DNA of 63,090 bases, counting the filler. It is 4 parts of 4 records of this genome, joined end to end, with 100 filler letters (N's around TTAATTAATTAA, not from the genome) between each part and the next. Parts side by side here need not be neighbours in the genome. Positions count along the whole stretch, not along the records: positions 1 to 17,976 come from SRR20825019_2153; 3 more parts are not named here. One strand, 5' to 3'. Position 1 is the stretch's first letter. Every line of letters starts with the position of its first letter. The position numbers and the translations under genes were made by a program. Below the pieces are notes generated by a model. That model was not told the origin of the DNA. It did not search any database and saw only the letters and a list, made by a program, of their open reading frames with translations. This document shows positions 1 through 9,632 of this stretch, piece after piece.

Positions 1-1
1 C

Positions 2-193
2 AACATCCGGCAGAACCTGTTCTGGGCCTTCGCCTACAACACGGCGTTGATCCCGGTCGCCGCTGGCGTTGTCTACCCGTCCCACGGCATCCTCCTTTCG
101 CCGGTATTCGCGGCCGGTGCCATGGCTCTCTCAAGCGTCTTCGTTCTGGGCAATGCGCTGCGGTTGCGCACTTTCGGGCCGGCAAAGAACTGA
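2..193 (+). CDS. copA: 3' end of a P1B-type heavy-metal (Cu+) ATPase, 5'-truncated by the window
   Basis: Not in the ORF track. Frame 2 reads [22 protein letters not shown]...[16 protein letters not shown], with the YN and MxxSS transmembrane signatures of Cu+-ATPases; stop at 191-193. Confidence 0.9.
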   Translation, partial: NIRQNLFWAFAYNTALIPVAAGVVYPSHGILLSPVFAAGAMALSSVFVLGNALRLRTFGPAKN

Positions 194-274
194 CAGAAGG
201 TGGCGGGCCTGGCAGCCTGCCACCGCTTCCCTGGTCCCCATTTCTGCGGGATACTTGGAATTCCGGAATTTGTC

Positions 275-305
275 TTGACCTTACAATCGTTGGAAGGAGT
301 ATCCC
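275..305 (+). promoter_or_regulatory. CueR/MerR-type promoter box upstream of cueR
   Basis: TTGACC -35 followed by TTACAATCGTTGGAAGG (CCTT..N..GGAAGG dyad); 19-nt spacer to TATCCC. Confidence 0.8.
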
Positions 306-457
306 TGTGGGCAGTCAGCTGAAGGACTGCAGAAAATGCACTTTCCAACATCCCAAACCGGGCCCGTCTCGCCCTTGGCGGCACCTCTCGCATCAACCCC
401 TGCGCGCAAGTTGCGTGCCTCTTCCTCACCTGGTTCGACCCTTCTGGAGCCTGCATC

Positions 458-922
458 ATGAATATCGGCGAAGCCTCTAAGGCAAGCGGCGTCTCCACCA
501 AGATGATCCGCTACTACGAGTCCATCGGTCTGATAAAAGCGCCGTTGCGTGCTGAATCCGGCTACCGGGTCTACTCCGAAAACGAAATCCACGCTCTACG
601 CTTCATCAGTCAGGCGCGAGATCTCGGTTTCTCTGTCGATCAGATGAGCAGTCTCCTGGCCCTTTGGCGGGACCGGTCCCGGGCCAGTGCGGACGTCAAA
701 GACATCGCCCTCGAGCACATCCGCGTCCTCGACGAGAAGGCAAAGGCGCTCAAGGCAATGAGCGATACTCTGCGTCATCTCGCCAACAACTGTCACGGCG
801 ACGAACGGCCCGACTGCCCGATCATCGAGGGGTTCGCCTCGGCGGCTGCGCCGCAACCGAAGAAACGGCAACCACGCTTCGGTCTCACCGATATCGCGCC
901 TGATCGGGCGCACGCCGGCTAG
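458..922 (+). CDS. cueR: Cu(I)-responsive MerR-family regulator
   Basis: MNIGEASKASGVSTKMIRYYESIGL HTH, RASADVK segment, CHGDERPDCPI metal loop. Confidence 0.95.
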   Translation: MNIGEASKASGVSTKMIRYYESIGLIKAPLRAESGYRVYSENEIHALRFISQARDLGFSVDQMSSLLALWRDRSRASADVKDIALEHIRVLDEKAKALKAMSDTLRHLANNCHGDERPDCPIIEGFASAAAPQPKKRQPRFGLTDIAPDRAHAG

Positions 923-1077
923 GAAAATACCAACACCGTTTGCAAGAGGCCGCAGCCGCACTGCGGCCTCTTGCGTTTCTTCCACGGAAGTCAGCGCACA
1001 GACGACGCCTCCCCGTAGTTGCCCAGCGCCGCCATTGGGCTAAGTCCATTTCCCCAAAATCACCTCCATTTTTGCCA

Positions 1078-1108
1078 TTGACCCTCCAAGAGTTGGAGGC
1101 CTTAGGCG
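1078..1108 (+). promoter_or_regulatory. CueR/MerR-type promoter box upstream of the MFS gene
   Basis: TTGACC then perfect dyad CCTCCAA-GAG-TTGGAGG; 19-nt spacer to TAGGCG. Confidence 0.7.
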
Positions 1109-1183
1109 TCGAGAAAGTCGCGGTTTTGAAGCGCGATCCAAGATGTTCCGGACGCCCGGAACACGACCCAAAGGAACTTCGAA

Positions 1184-2599
1184 ATGGAACTCTCTAGACC
1201 CGATCCAAAGAGGTGGATGGCGCTCGCGCTGCTTTGCGCGGCCCAATTCATCGTTATCCTGGATACTTCGATCATCGGCGTCGCCCTGCCGGCGATTCAG
1301 ACCCAGCTGGGCTTCAGCCCGGGCGGCCTGAGCTGGATATTCAATGCCTATGTCATCGCTTTCGGCGGCCTGCTGTTACTGGGCGGACGACTCAGTGACC
1401 TCTTCGGCGCTCGGCGCATCTTCACCACTGGCTTCGTCATCCTTACCGCCGCTTCCCTGCTTGCTGGCCTCGCGAACAGCCAGGAATTGTTATTGACCGG
1501 TCGAGCATTGCAGGGGGTCGGTGCCGCACTGATCGCTCCTGCGGCCCTCACCATCGTGATGCGTCTCTTCGCTCACAATGGTGCCGAACTCGGCAAGGCC
1601 TTCGGCTTCTGGGGTGCTGCAGCCGCTGCGGGCGGCTCGGCTGGCGTGTTCCTGGGCGGTGTTATCACCGAGTGGCTCGCCTGGCCTTGGACCTTCCTCA
1701 TCAATGTGCCGCTGGGTCTGCTGGTGTTGGCGCTAATTCCGGCGGTGTTGCGGAAGTCCCCGAGAAGCACTGGCCGCGTTGATTGGCTTGGCGCCATCAC
1801 CGTTACCGGCGCTCTCGTTACCCTGGTCTACGCCATCGTCACCGCCGAGACCGTGGGGTGGGCATCGGCGCAGATCCTTATTCTGCTTGCCGTCGCCGCG
1901 GTTTTATTGGTGATCTTCCTGGTGATCCAGGCCGCCCGCCGCGAACCACTGCTGCCGCTGGCCATATTCAAGGCACCAAACCTTGCCGCAGGAAATTTGG
2001 TGATGGGCCTGCTGGGCGCTGCCTGGATCCCGCTCTGGTTCTTCCTAAACCTCTATCTGCAGCAGATCCTGGGCCTATCTGCACTCTCCAGTGGCCTGGC
2101 CCTGCTGCCGATGACGGTCATGATCATGGTGGTGATGGTCGGGTTCTCGGGCCGCCTCATCGGTCGGTTCGGCCCCAAGGCCAATCTTATCATCGGCATG
2201 CTTCTGATGGGTGCCGCACTGCTCCTGTTTGCCAACCTGCCGACTGACGGCAGCTTCTGGGTCAACGTATTGCCGGCTTCGCTGCTCGCCGCACTCGGCA
2301 TGGCTCTCGCCTATATCCCCGCAACAATGTCGGGAATGTCCGGCGCCAAACCGGAAGAAACCGGCCTCGCCTCGGGCCTCATCAACACCACCTACCAGGT
2401 CGGGTCCGCGGTGGGTCTTGCCGTGATGGTGGCCATGGCGGCTTCCGTCGCACCGCATGCCGGAGCTGAACCCGCAGACCTGCTCCCTGGCTTCCAGACA
2501 GCTTTCTTCGGTGCCGCTGTGGCGGCCTTCCTGGGCGCAGCGGCAACGCTGGTCTTCGTTCGTGGCTCCGCGCCGCAGCGCGAAGTCCCGGTCGGCTGA
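1184..2599 (+). CDS. DHA2-family (about 14 TM) MFS efflux transporter
   Basis: LDTSIIGVALP, GGRLSDLFGARR (motif A), WPWTFLINVPLG; long hydrophobic helices. Confidence 0.92.
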   Translation: MELSRPDPKRWMALALLCAAQFIVILDTSIIGVALPAIQTQLGFSPGGLSWIFNAYVIAFGGLLLLGGRLSDLFGARRIFTTGFVILTAASLLAGLANSQELLLTGRALQGVGAALIAPAALTIVMRLFAHNGAELGKAFGFWGAAAAAGGSAGVFLGGVITEWLAWPWTFLINVPLGLLVLALIPAVLRKSPRSTGRVDWLGAITVTGALVTLVYAIVTAETVGWASAQILILLAVAAVLLVIFLVIQAARREPLLPLAIFKAPNLAAGNLVMGLLGAAWIPLWFFLNLYLQQILGLSALSSGLALLPMTVMIMVVMVGFSGRLIGRFGPKANLIIGMLLMGAALLLFANLPTDGSFWVNVLPASLLAALGMALAYIPATMSGMSGAKPEETGLASGLINTTYQVGSAVGLAVMVAMAASVAPHAGAEPADLLPGFQTAFFGAAVAAFLGAAATLVFVRGSAPQREVPVG

Positions 2600-2604
2600 T
2601 GGAC

Positions 2605-2634
2605 GGGTCGGACCGGCGCTTACCGGTCCGACCC
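2605..2634. other. Perfect 12-bp intercistronic hairpin
   Basis: GGGTCGGACCGG-CGCTTA-CCGGTCCGACCC directly after the MFS stop, with no U-tract. Confidence 0.7.
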
Positions 2635-2656
2635 CTTCACCCATAAGGAGCACAGC

Positions 2657-2827
2657 ATGATCGAAGACTACGAACTTTATCTCACACCCCCTCTGGCTCG
2701 GCGTGATTGGCTGCAGCGACTGCTTGCGCGTTTGCGGGCACGTCGTCCCGCGGCAGTGCCGACCAGTGCGCATCTTCGGCGCGATCTTGGCCTCGGCGAG
2801 GAACCGATCATTCGACGTCCAGGGTAG
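2657..2827 (+). CDS. 56-aa Arg-rich DUF1127-like small protein (below the ORF-track cutoff)
   Basis: RBS AAGGAG at 2645-2650; MIEDYELYLTPPLARRDWLQRLLARLRARRPAAVPTSAHLRRDLGLGEEPIIRRPG; SAHLRRDLGL resembles the DUF1127 core. Confidence 0.65.
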   Translation: MIEDYELYLTPPLARRDWLQRLLARLRARRPAAVPTSAHLRRDLGLGEEPIIRRPG

Positions 2828-2832
2828 CGCCC

Positions 2833-2863
2833 TTGACTCGACCAGCGTTGGAAGCCGCACCCC
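2833..2863 (+). promoter_or_regulatory. Degenerate CueR-type box upstream of the glutaredoxin
   Basis: TTGACT CGACCAGCGTTGGAAGCC; the right arm GTTGGAAG matches the boxes at 275 and 4173 in the same register. Confidence 0.6.
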
Positions 2864-2891
2864 GTTCCGGGATCAAGCATAGGAGGCCCTG

Positions 2892-3158
2892 ATGGCCGAC
2901 ACAGAATTTCCCGATGTCGAGATCTTCACGACACCGACATGCCCTGACTGCCGCCAGCTTAGGGCCTGGCTGACTTTGAATGGCGTCCCCTTCAGCGAGA
3001 GGGATCTGACCGATCCAGCGGTGGCCGAAGAGGCGAAGGCGCGAACCGGCGTCCGGGTTGCGCCGATCACCGTAGTCGGGACCAATTTTTCTTATGGCAC
3101 CTTCGCCTCCCAGCGCCCGAAGCTGGCCGATCTCCTCTCGCTGCCGCGAGGAGCTTAA
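2892..3158 (+). CDS. Glutaredoxin/NrdH-like redoxin
   Basis: IFTTPTCPDC active site, VAP cis-Pro motif; RBS AGGAGG. Confidence 0.85.
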   Translation: MADTEFPDVEIFTTPTCPDCRQLRAWLTLNGVPFSERDLTDPAVAEEAKARTGVRVAPITVVGTNFSYGTFASQRPKLADLLSLPRGA

Positions 3159-3160
3159 TC

Positions 3161-4120
3161 TTGGCGCACCTTATTCTTTTTCCGCAGGCGGCTCGTGCCA
3201 TCGTAGCCTTGCCCGGTGAAACCATCCTGGCGGCGGCGTTGCGCGAGGGGCTGGCCTATCCACATGGATGCCAAAGGGGCCGCTGCGGTTCCTGCAAATC
3301 CCGACTGCTGCAAGGCAAGGTCGAGATGCTGGCGCATTCCCCCTTCGCCTTGGAAGAACCCGAGCATCAGCAGGGCCTAGTCCTGGCGTGTCGGGCGGTG
3401 CCGACCTCCGACGTCACCGTGTACTGGCCCGACGCGGTCGGGGCCTTGCCGCCGATGCTGCCCATCGAGGCCGTCGTGGTGGCGCGGCACGAGATCGCGC
3501 CCCAGATCCAACGACTCCTGGTTCGACCGTCACAGCCATTGTCATTTCTTCCCGGGCAATACGTCAACATCACTCTCCCCGGCGGCATTACCCGAAGCTA
3601 TTCCCCCGCCAGCCAACCAATGGCGCAGGACGTCGAGTTTCACATCAGGGTGGTCGATGGCGGGCAAGCCAGCTCTCTTGTTGCTCGGCTTGCGATCGGC
3701 GACCGTATCCAGCTTGCAGGTCCCTTCGGCGACGCCTGCTTCCGCGGCGACCAGGACAGGCCACTTCTTGCGCTGGCGGCCTCCACGGGTCAGGCGCCCA
3801 TCAAGTCGATCGTGGATGGCCTATTGGCCAGCGGCGACCAGCGGGCGGTGCGGGTCTTCGCATTCGCCCGCGAGACCCATCACCTATATCTCGATCGCCA
3901 CTTCGTTGAGTTGGCCGCCAGGCACAGCAATCTAGGCTATCGGTCAGTCGTCACGCGGGCCATGACCGAGGATGCAACGCCCCAGACCCTGATCGCTTCC
4001 TGCATCTCCCGGCTCCACAACTGGTCCGTGCATATTGCTGGCCCGGCAGGTTTCGTGACGTCGATGTCTGAGATGGTGCGCGAACTGGGATGCGACGATA
4101 TCCTCGCTGACAAGTTCTAA
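3161..4120 (+). CDS. 2Fe-2S ferredoxin plus FAD/NAD(P)-binding oxidoreductase
   Basis: CQRGRCGSC...LAC cluster motif, RSYS FAD motif, GPFG, ASTGQAP NAD loop; TTG start 2 nt after the redoxin stop. Confidence 0.88.
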   Translation: MAHLILFPQAARAIVALPGETILAAALREGLAYPHGCQRGRCGSCKSRLLQGKVEMLAHSPFALEEPEHQQGLVLACRAVPTSDVTVYWPDAVGALPPMLPIEAVVVARHEIAPQIQRLLVRPSQPLSFLPGQYVNITLPGGITRSYSPASQPMAQDVEFHIRVVDGGQASSLVARLAIGDRIQLAGPFGDACFRGDQDRPLLALAASTGQAPIKSIVDGLLASGDQRAVRVFAFARETHHLYLDRHFVELAARHSNLGYRSVVTRAMTEDATPQTLIASCISRLHNWSVHIAGPAGFVTSMSEMVRELGCDDILADKF

Positions 4121-4172
4121 CCGGCGTGACTTGGCGCGTGGGCCCCCGCACACGAAACAGACGAAAAGGTCC

Positions 4173-4203
4173 TTGACCTTCCCATTGTTGGAAGCCCCAG
4201 ATC
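4173..4203 (+). promoter_or_regulatory. CueR box upstream of copZ
   Basis: TTGACC TTCCCATTGTTGGAAG, close to the canonical ACCTTCC-N7-GGAAGGT. Confidence 0.85.
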
Positions 4204-4228
4204 GGATGCATCCCAACAAGAAGGACGG

Positions 4229-4429
4229 ATGCGGATGTACAATTTCCAAGTCAGCGACATGACCTGCTCGCACTGCGCGGCCACTGTCGAGAAGGCGGTG
4301 AAAAGCGTCGACGCTTCCGCCATGGTCGATCTGGGTTCGCTCGCCGTGAAGATCGAGAGTGAAGAGCCGGCCGAGCGGTTCGCAAAAGCAATCGAAGATG
4401 CCGGCTATACGGGGCAACTTCGAACCTAA
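4229..4429 (+). CDS. copZ: HMA-domain copper chaperone
   Basis: DMTCSHC motif and AIEDAGY C-terminus; start could be 4229 or 4235. Confidence 0.9.
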   Translation: MRMYNFQVSDMTCSHCAATVEKAVKSVDASAMVDLGSLAVKIESEEPAERFAKAIEDAGYTGQLRT

Positions 4430-4498
4430 AGCTACCCAATGGGGACGCTGCGACATCGCAGCGTCCCCATTCTCAGCATGGTTGGGTTGTTCGTCTGC

Positions 4499-4966
4499 CT
4501 AAATTTGGCGGGGCTCGGCCCGGGCGGGAAGCTCCCGATAGACATATACCCCGGTGGCGATGACCGTCAGGAGGGCAAGGATGGCGCTCAAGATGCCTGT
4601 CCCCTCGTAAAAGGCCGTCGACGCGGATTGGGACCAGAGTTGCATCGCAGTCCCAACGACCGCCTCCTCGCTGCCGGGCAGGAAAGTGATGTTCTGCAGC
4701 CCGGCGGCCTTGACGACGTGGTCCAGGAACCCGTCGAGGAAGCCGAACCAGAACACGACGAGGCCGGCATAGGCGCCGTACGCCCATAGCAATGCGGGTT
4801 TGTCGGAGCGTGCATATAGTGCCCAGAGAACGATGGGGACGGCCAACCCTACCGCAGTGGGCAGAATGAGCGCCGGACCCAACCGGAAGATATGATGAAT
4901 TCCGGTGGCGAGAAGGGTGGCCACCAGTGTTGTGAGCGAGGCGAGAGCCGGAGTGGTCTTGAACAT
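4499..4966 (-). CDS. Hypothetical membrane protein (about 4 TM), divergent from tetR
   Basis: MFKTTPALASL start with upstream AAGGGA; hydrophobic helices containing HHIFR and LDHVVK. Confidence 0.7.
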   Translation of the reverse strand: MFKTTPALASLTTLVATLLATGIHHIFRLGPALILPTAVGLAVPIVLWALYARSDKPALLWAYGAYAGLVVFWFGFLDGFLDHVVKAAGLQNITFLPGSEEAVVGTAMQLWSQSASTAFYEGTGILSAILALLTVIATGVYVYRELPARAEPRQI

Positions 4967-4982
4967 GATTGATCCCTTGATG

Positions 4983-5015
4983 ACGGACAGAATATCCGTT
5001 ACCGAACAAATGTTC
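4983..5015. promoter_or_regulatory. Candidate TetR operator palindromes
   Basis: ACGGA-N7-TCCGT (4983-4999) and GAACA-AA-TGTTC (5004-5015) in the divergent intergenic region. Confidence 0.35.
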
Positions 5016-5081
5016 TGAAGCCGGATGGGTGTCCACCCACCCACGTTCGGTATGGAACAGCTGTGGGCAGAGCGTTCGGAA

Positions 5082-5603
5082 ATGATGGATCGTCGTGTCA
5101 GGAAGACCAGGGAGGCCCTCTATTCGGCCTTCGCGGCGCTTGTCGCCGAAAGGGGATTTGACGGGTTCTCGATCCAGGACCTGATCGACGAAGCCGATGT
5201 AGGGCGCACTACATTCTATGCGCACTTCAAGGCCAAGGAAGATCTGCTGCAGTTCGGTTTCAACCGCTGGCGGGACGAACTGACGTCCCTGCCCAAATCC
5301 ACCGCGGCGGAACGGAGGGCGTTCATGGAAGCCCTGCTTGGCCATGCAAAGTCTCATGCCGGGCTCTTTGTCGCTCTCCTCGGTGGCGGCGGAGGCGCGC
5401 TTGCAGAGACCGAGTTCCGATCGATCGTTGAAGAGGTGGTGGTGGCAGAGGCCGGGCCCGGTGAACACCGGGCTACGATGATCGCCATGCTGAGCGGGGC
5501 GCTGCTGGCTGCAATCCGCCAATGGATCGATGCAGGCGTCAAAGGGTCGGGCGCGGAAATCCTCGATGCTTTCGACAAGCTGGTCTCCGCAGCGAAGCGG
5601 TGA
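5082..5603 (+). CDS. TetR/AcrR-family regulator
   Basis: MDRRVRKTREAL...ADVGRTTFYAHFKAKEDLL HTH; start revised from 5025. Confidence 0.92.
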   Translation: MMDRRVRKTREALYSAFAALVAERGFDGFSIQDLIDEADVGRTTFYAHFKAKEDLLQFGFNRWRDELTSLPKSTAAERRAFMEALLGHAKSHAGLFVALLGGGGGALAETEFRSIVEEVVVAEAGPGEHRATMIAMLSGALLAAIRQWIDAGVKGSGAEILDAFDKLVSAAKR

Positions 5604-5661
5604 CACACTCCTGGTCCTGCGAATGAGGGAACCGTCGGCCCCCACCTCGAGTTAGAAAACC

Positions 5662-6027
5662 ATGCTGAGCCCTGCAAAAAACGCGACAGCGCCTTGGGGA
5701 ACGATCCGGCGGTTCGTTCCCCTGACGATGTTTGTCGTGTTCAGCATGATTTCCCACCATGCCGGCCATGCCGCTCAGCTGGACACCCAGGCGCATGCCG
5801 CACATGCCGATGTGCTCGCCGCGCATCATTGCCCGGGCGAGGATTGCCAGGGGCATCACGATGGTCAGGTCAGTTGCTGCGGTTTGGGTCATTGCGGCGT
5901 CCCTTTGCCCGCGCCTCCATGCACCTCCACGCGCGTGTCGCTGGGATCCGCCTATCCGCACCATCCCTTCGAGATCGCGCTCCGCTGGGGCAATGCAAGA
6001 GTGGACCGACCTCCGAAGGTTACCTGA
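5662..6027 (+). CDS. His/Cys-rich putative metal-binding leader protein (CopL/DUF2946-like layout)
   Basis: N-terminal hydrophobic segment, HHCPGEDCQGHHDGQVSCCGLGHC, C-terminal DRPPK. Confidence 0.55.
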   Translation: MLSPAKNATAPWGTIRRFVPLTMFVVFSMISHHAGHAAQLDTQAHAAHADVLAAHHCPGEDCQGHHDGQVSCCGLGHCGVPLPAPPCTSTRVSLGSAYPHHPFEIALRWGNARVDRPPKVT

Positions 6028-6068
6028 TGGAGTCGGGCGCAAGCCCTTGGATGCCACCAATCAGGATA

Positions 6069-6527
6069 ATGAAAATGCACACGTTCAAGACTGCACTGCT
6101 TACCTTCGCGCTACTGGCCGGCACGGCTGCCTCTTCGTCCGGCCAGGACGCCATGCCCGGTCACGACATGGCCGCCATGGGCGGCGAAGTCGCCTCGATT
6201 CTTCCCGAGATCTGCAAATCGGGCGGCGAGGCGCCGATGATGCCCATGGCCATGGACCCGGACTTGGACCAGGCCCATGCCGACCTGATGGCGGGCATGG
6301 ATGCCATGAACCGGGACATGATGACCGGCGCCAAGGCTGAGGACATTGATGTGGCCTTTGTCTGCGGGATGATCCCGCACCACCAGGGTGCGATCAGCAT
6401 GGCAAAGGCCGAGCTGGCGTATGGCGACGACGAGTGGGCCAAGGAAATGGCCCAGAAGGTCATCGATGCTCAGGAGGCGGAAATCGCCGAGATGCTGGCC
6501 TGGCTCGAAGAACAGTCTGCCAAGTAA
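6069..6527 (+). CDS. Periplasmic DUF305 (CopM-like) Met/His-rich copper-binding protein
   Basis: Signal peptide, Met-rich body, DVAFVCGMIPHHQGAISMA and QEAEIAEMLAWL; start revised from 5694. Confidence 0.88.
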   Translation: MKMHTFKTALLTFALLAGTAASSSGQDAMPGHDMAAMGGEVASILPEICKSGGEAPMMPMAMDPDLDQAHADLMAGMDAMNRDMMTGAKAEDIDVAFVCGMIPHHQGAISMAKAELAYGDDEWAKEMAQKVIDAQEAEIAEMLAWLEEQSAK

Positions 6528-6546
6528 GCCGGACCGGGCAAGACCT

Positions 6547-6574
6547 AAGGGGCGCTTCGGCGCCCCTTTCCTTT
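6547..6574 (+). terminator. Intrinsic terminator after the DUF305 gene
   Basis: AAGGGGCGC-TTCG-GCGCCCCTT followed by TCCTTT. Confidence 0.75.
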
Positions 6575-6667
6575 ATGACAAGCGGTCGATGGATGGGTGC
6601 CAGACCTTATCCAGCTTGCCGCGGTCGGGTCAGGCGGGCGTCGGATGGAGCATTGGTGCGAAGCAGA

Positions 6668-7057
6668 TCATCTGTTCCGCTGGGCTTCCCGCTCGCGATC
6701 GGGCCAGGTTTGTTTGATATAGTCCAGGATGGCCACGATCTCTTCGTCGCTTAGCGTTCCCTCGAATGCGGGCATGTCCGTTTCATAGCCGGGGGCGATG
6801 GCAGCCAGGCCATCGCGCACGATCCTGAGCAGTTGTTCGTCGGAATGGTGCCAGGTGTGCCCCGTCTCGTCATGCGGCGGCGCCGGCAGTCGCCCGCTGG
6901 GCATCCGCTCCATCCAGTTGGGCTGGCCCTCGAGCTTGGCGCCGTGGCAGCTGGCGCAATACTCCATGTAGAGCGCCCGACCGTCAGGCTGTGCCGGTTG
7001 CGCCAGTGCCGTGGTCGCCGCAAGGATCGTCACGGTCAGCGCCAGCGGGAGCCTCAT
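6668..7057 (-). CDS. Periplasmic monoheme cytochrome c
   Basis: Signal peptide, CASCH, APPHDETGHTWHHSD, axial MPAF. Confidence 0.9.
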   Translation of the reverse strand: MRLPLALTVTILAATTALAQPAQPDGRALYMEYCASCHGAKLEGQPNWMERMPSGRLPAPPHDETGHTWHHSDEQLLRIVRDGLAAIAPGYETDMPAFEGTLSDEEIVAILDYIKQTWPDREREAQRNR

Positions 7058-7219
7058 CAGGCAACTTACGGCATCAAATCGCCGACCGGTAACGAAAAGG
7101 GCTAAAGGAATGCGCGAATCCATTCGCCGAACTCCAAGGGTACCGACGTCTCAGATTACCCTCCACACGGCGGCCCGACGAGCGCGACTGAGCCGATGAC
7201 GACAAAGTGACGAAAGGGG

Positions 7220-7250
7220 TTGACCTTATCACTGTGGGAGGGAGCACACT
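7220..7250 (+). promoter_or_regulatory. CueR box upstream of copA
   Basis: TTGACC TTATCACTGTGGGAGGG; 19-nt spacer to CACACT. Confidence 0.8.
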
Positions 7251-7277
7251 CCGGCCATCGAACCAAAGGACAGTGAT

Positions 7278-9632
7278 ATGAGCGGCACAACCGATACCTC
7301 CCATCATCACCAACACTCCCCCCACAAGACCCATGCCGGGCACCAGGTTAAGGATCCGGTCTGCGGTATGTCGGTCGATCCAGCCACGGCCAAATTCAGA
7401 GCAGAGCAGTCAGGCGACACCTACTATTTCTGCTCCGCCAAATGCCACGACAAGTTCGTGGCCGACCCGTCCGCCTACCTCGCCAAAGCCGAAGCGCCGC
7501 AACCTGCGGCGACTCCCGGCACGGTTTACACCTGTCCGATGCATCCCCAAATCCGTCAGGATCATCCCGGCAACTGCCCGATCTGCGGCATGACGCTGGA
7601 GCCCGAGATGCCGACCGCCGAGACCGCTCCGAGCGCCGAACTGGTCGACATGACCCGTCGCTTCTGGATCGGGTCCGCCCTGGCGGTGCCGGTGTTCTTT
7701 CTCGAGATGGGCAGTCATCTCTTCGATTTTCACGCTGTCATATCGCCGCAGAACCTGAACTGGGTTCAATTGGTCCTGGCCACGCCCGTGGTGCTCTGGG
7801 CCGGCTGGCCGTTCTTCGAGCGTGGGGCAGCGTCCGTGGTCAACCGCAGCCTCAACATGTTCACCCTGATCGCCATGGGCATTGGCGTGGCCTGGCTCTA
7901 CTCCGTCATCGCTACTGTCCTGCCTGGTATCTTCCCGGCTGACATGCGCGGCATGGTTGGGGCGGTGCCGGTCTATTTCGAGGCGGCTGCCGTGATCACC
8001 GCCCTGGCCCTGCTCGGTCAGGTGCTCGAACTGCGGGCCCGCGAACAGACATCCGGGGCCATCAAGGCCCTACTGGACCTGGCGCCGAAGACGGCGCGGC
8101 GTATTGGCGCCGATGGAGCCGATGAGGAAGTCGGCATCGAAATGATCGCTGTCGGCGACCGCTTGCGGGTCAGGCCCGGCGAAAAGGTGCCGGTCGACGG
8201 AAAGGTCATAGAGGGCCGCAGTGCGCTCGACGAATCCATGGTCACCGGAGAGTCCATGCCCGTCACCAAGGAAGTCGGGGATCGACTGATAGGCGGCACG
8301 ATCAACCAGTCCGGTGGACTGGTGATGGAAGCGGTGCAGATCGGCCAGGACACTTTGCTGTCGAGGATCGTCCAAATGGTGGCTGCGGCCCAGCGCTCAC
8401 GGGCGCCAATCCAGAAGCTCGCCGACCAGGTGTCCGGCTGGTTCGTGCCGCTGGTGATCGGCATTGCGGTCGTCGCCTTCATCGCCTGGGGCATCTGGGG
8501 ACCCGAGCCGCGCCTGGCCTATGGTTTGGTAGCAGCGGTTTCGGTGCTGATCATTGCGTGTCCCTGTGCGCTGGGCCTGGCGACGCCGATGTCCATCATG
8601 GTCGGCGTCGGCAAGGGCGCCACTCTTGGTCTCCTGATCAAGAATGCGGAGGCTCTGGAGCGGCTGGAGAAGGTCGATACCCTCGTGGTCGATAAGACCG
8701 GCACGCTCACCGAGGGCAAGCCGGCCGTCACCGCCCTCATTCCCGCAAACGACGGCGGCGAGGAGAGCCTTCTCCGCCTCGCGGCGAGCCTGGAACGGGC
8801 AAGTGAGCATCCACTGGGCCTCGCCATCGTCAACGCGGCCAAGGAACGCGGCTTAACCCTGTGGGATCCTACGGATGTGGACTCGCCAGTCGGCAAGGGC
8901 CTGACCGGCACGGTGGAGGGTCAGCAGCTGCATATCGGTAGCGCAAAATACCTCACGTCAGTGGGCATCGACGCGGACGCCTGGACGGATCGTGCCAATG
9001 CGCTGCGCGCCGATGGCGCAACAGCGATCCTGGTGGGCATCGACAAGCGCCTCGCCGGGGTCATCGGGATTTCCGACCCTATCCGCAAGACCACGCCCGC
9101 CGCCCTGGCAGAGCTGGCCCAGCATGGCGTCAAGGTCGTGATGATGACGGGCGACAACAAAGTAACTGCCGACGCCGTTGCCCGCAAACTGGGCATAGAT
9201 GGCGTGGAAGCGGACGTGCTGCCGGAACGCAAGAGCGAGCTCGTGAACCGCCTGCGCGAACAGGGTGGCATCGTCGCCATGGCTGGAGATGGCGTCAACG
9301 ACGCCCCGGCTCTTGCCGCGGCTGATGTCGGCATTGCAATGGGAACCGGCACTGATGTCGCCATTGAAAGCGCCGGCGTCACCCTGCTCAACGGTGACCT
9401 GATGGGCATCGTCAAGGCGCGTGCCCTGTCGCAGGCGGTCATGGCAAATATCCGCCAAAACCTGTTCTTTGCCTTTGCCTATAACGCCGCGGGGGTCCCG
9501 GTGGCCGCCGGCGTGCTCTACCCGTTCTTTGAATTGACTCTGTCTCCGGCGATCGCTGCCGCCGCCATGGCGCTGTCCTCGGTCAGCGTCATCGGAAATT
9601 CGCTTCGACTACGGTCGGCGCGGATCGAATAA
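7278..9632 (+). CDS. copA: P1B-type Cu/Ag-translocating ATPase with YHS and YTCPMHP N-terminal domains
   Basis: [48 protein letters not shown] and MALSS. Confidence 0.96.
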   Translation: MSGTTDTSHHHQHSPHKTHAGHQVKDPVCGMSVDPATAKFRAEQSGDTYYFCSAKCHDKFVADPSAYLAKAEAPQPAATPGTVYTCPMHPQIRQDHPGNCPICGMTLEPEMPTAETAPSAELVDMTRRFWIGSALAVPVFFLEMGSHLFDFHAVISPQNLNWVQLVLATPVVLWAGWPFFERGAASVVNRSLNMFTLIAMGIGVAWLYSVIATVLPGIFPADMRGMVGAVPVYFEAAAVITALALLGQVLELRAREQTSGAIKALLDLAPKTARRIGADGADEEVGIEMIAVGDRLRVRPGEKVPVDGKVIEGRSALDESMVTGESMPVTKEVGDRLIGGTINQSGGLVMEAVQIGQDTLLSRIVQMVAAAQRSRAPIQKLADQVSGWFVPLVIGIAVVAFIAWGIWGPEPRLAYGLVAAVSVLIIACPCALGLATPMSIMVGVGKGATLGLLIKNAEALERLEKVDTLVVDKTGTLTEGKPAVTALIPANDGGEESLLRLAASLERASEHPLGLAIVNAAKERGLTLWDPTDVDSPVGKGLTGTVEGQQLHIGSAKYLTSVGIDADAWTDRANALRADGATAILVGIDKRLAGVIGISDPIRKTTPAALAELAQHGVKVVMMTGDNKVTADAVARKLGIDGVEADVLPERKSELVNRLREQGGIVAMAGDGVNDAPALAAADVGIAMGTGTDVAIESAGVTLLNGDLMGIVKARALSQAVMANIRQNLFFAFAYNAAGVPVAAGVLYPFFELTLSPAIAAAAMALSSVSVIGNSLRLRSARIE

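Noticed and set aside
5694-6068. 277-aa N-terminally extended DUF305 ORF
   Set aside because: The extension overlaps the His/Cys ORF in another frame; the signal peptide begins at MKMHT (6069).
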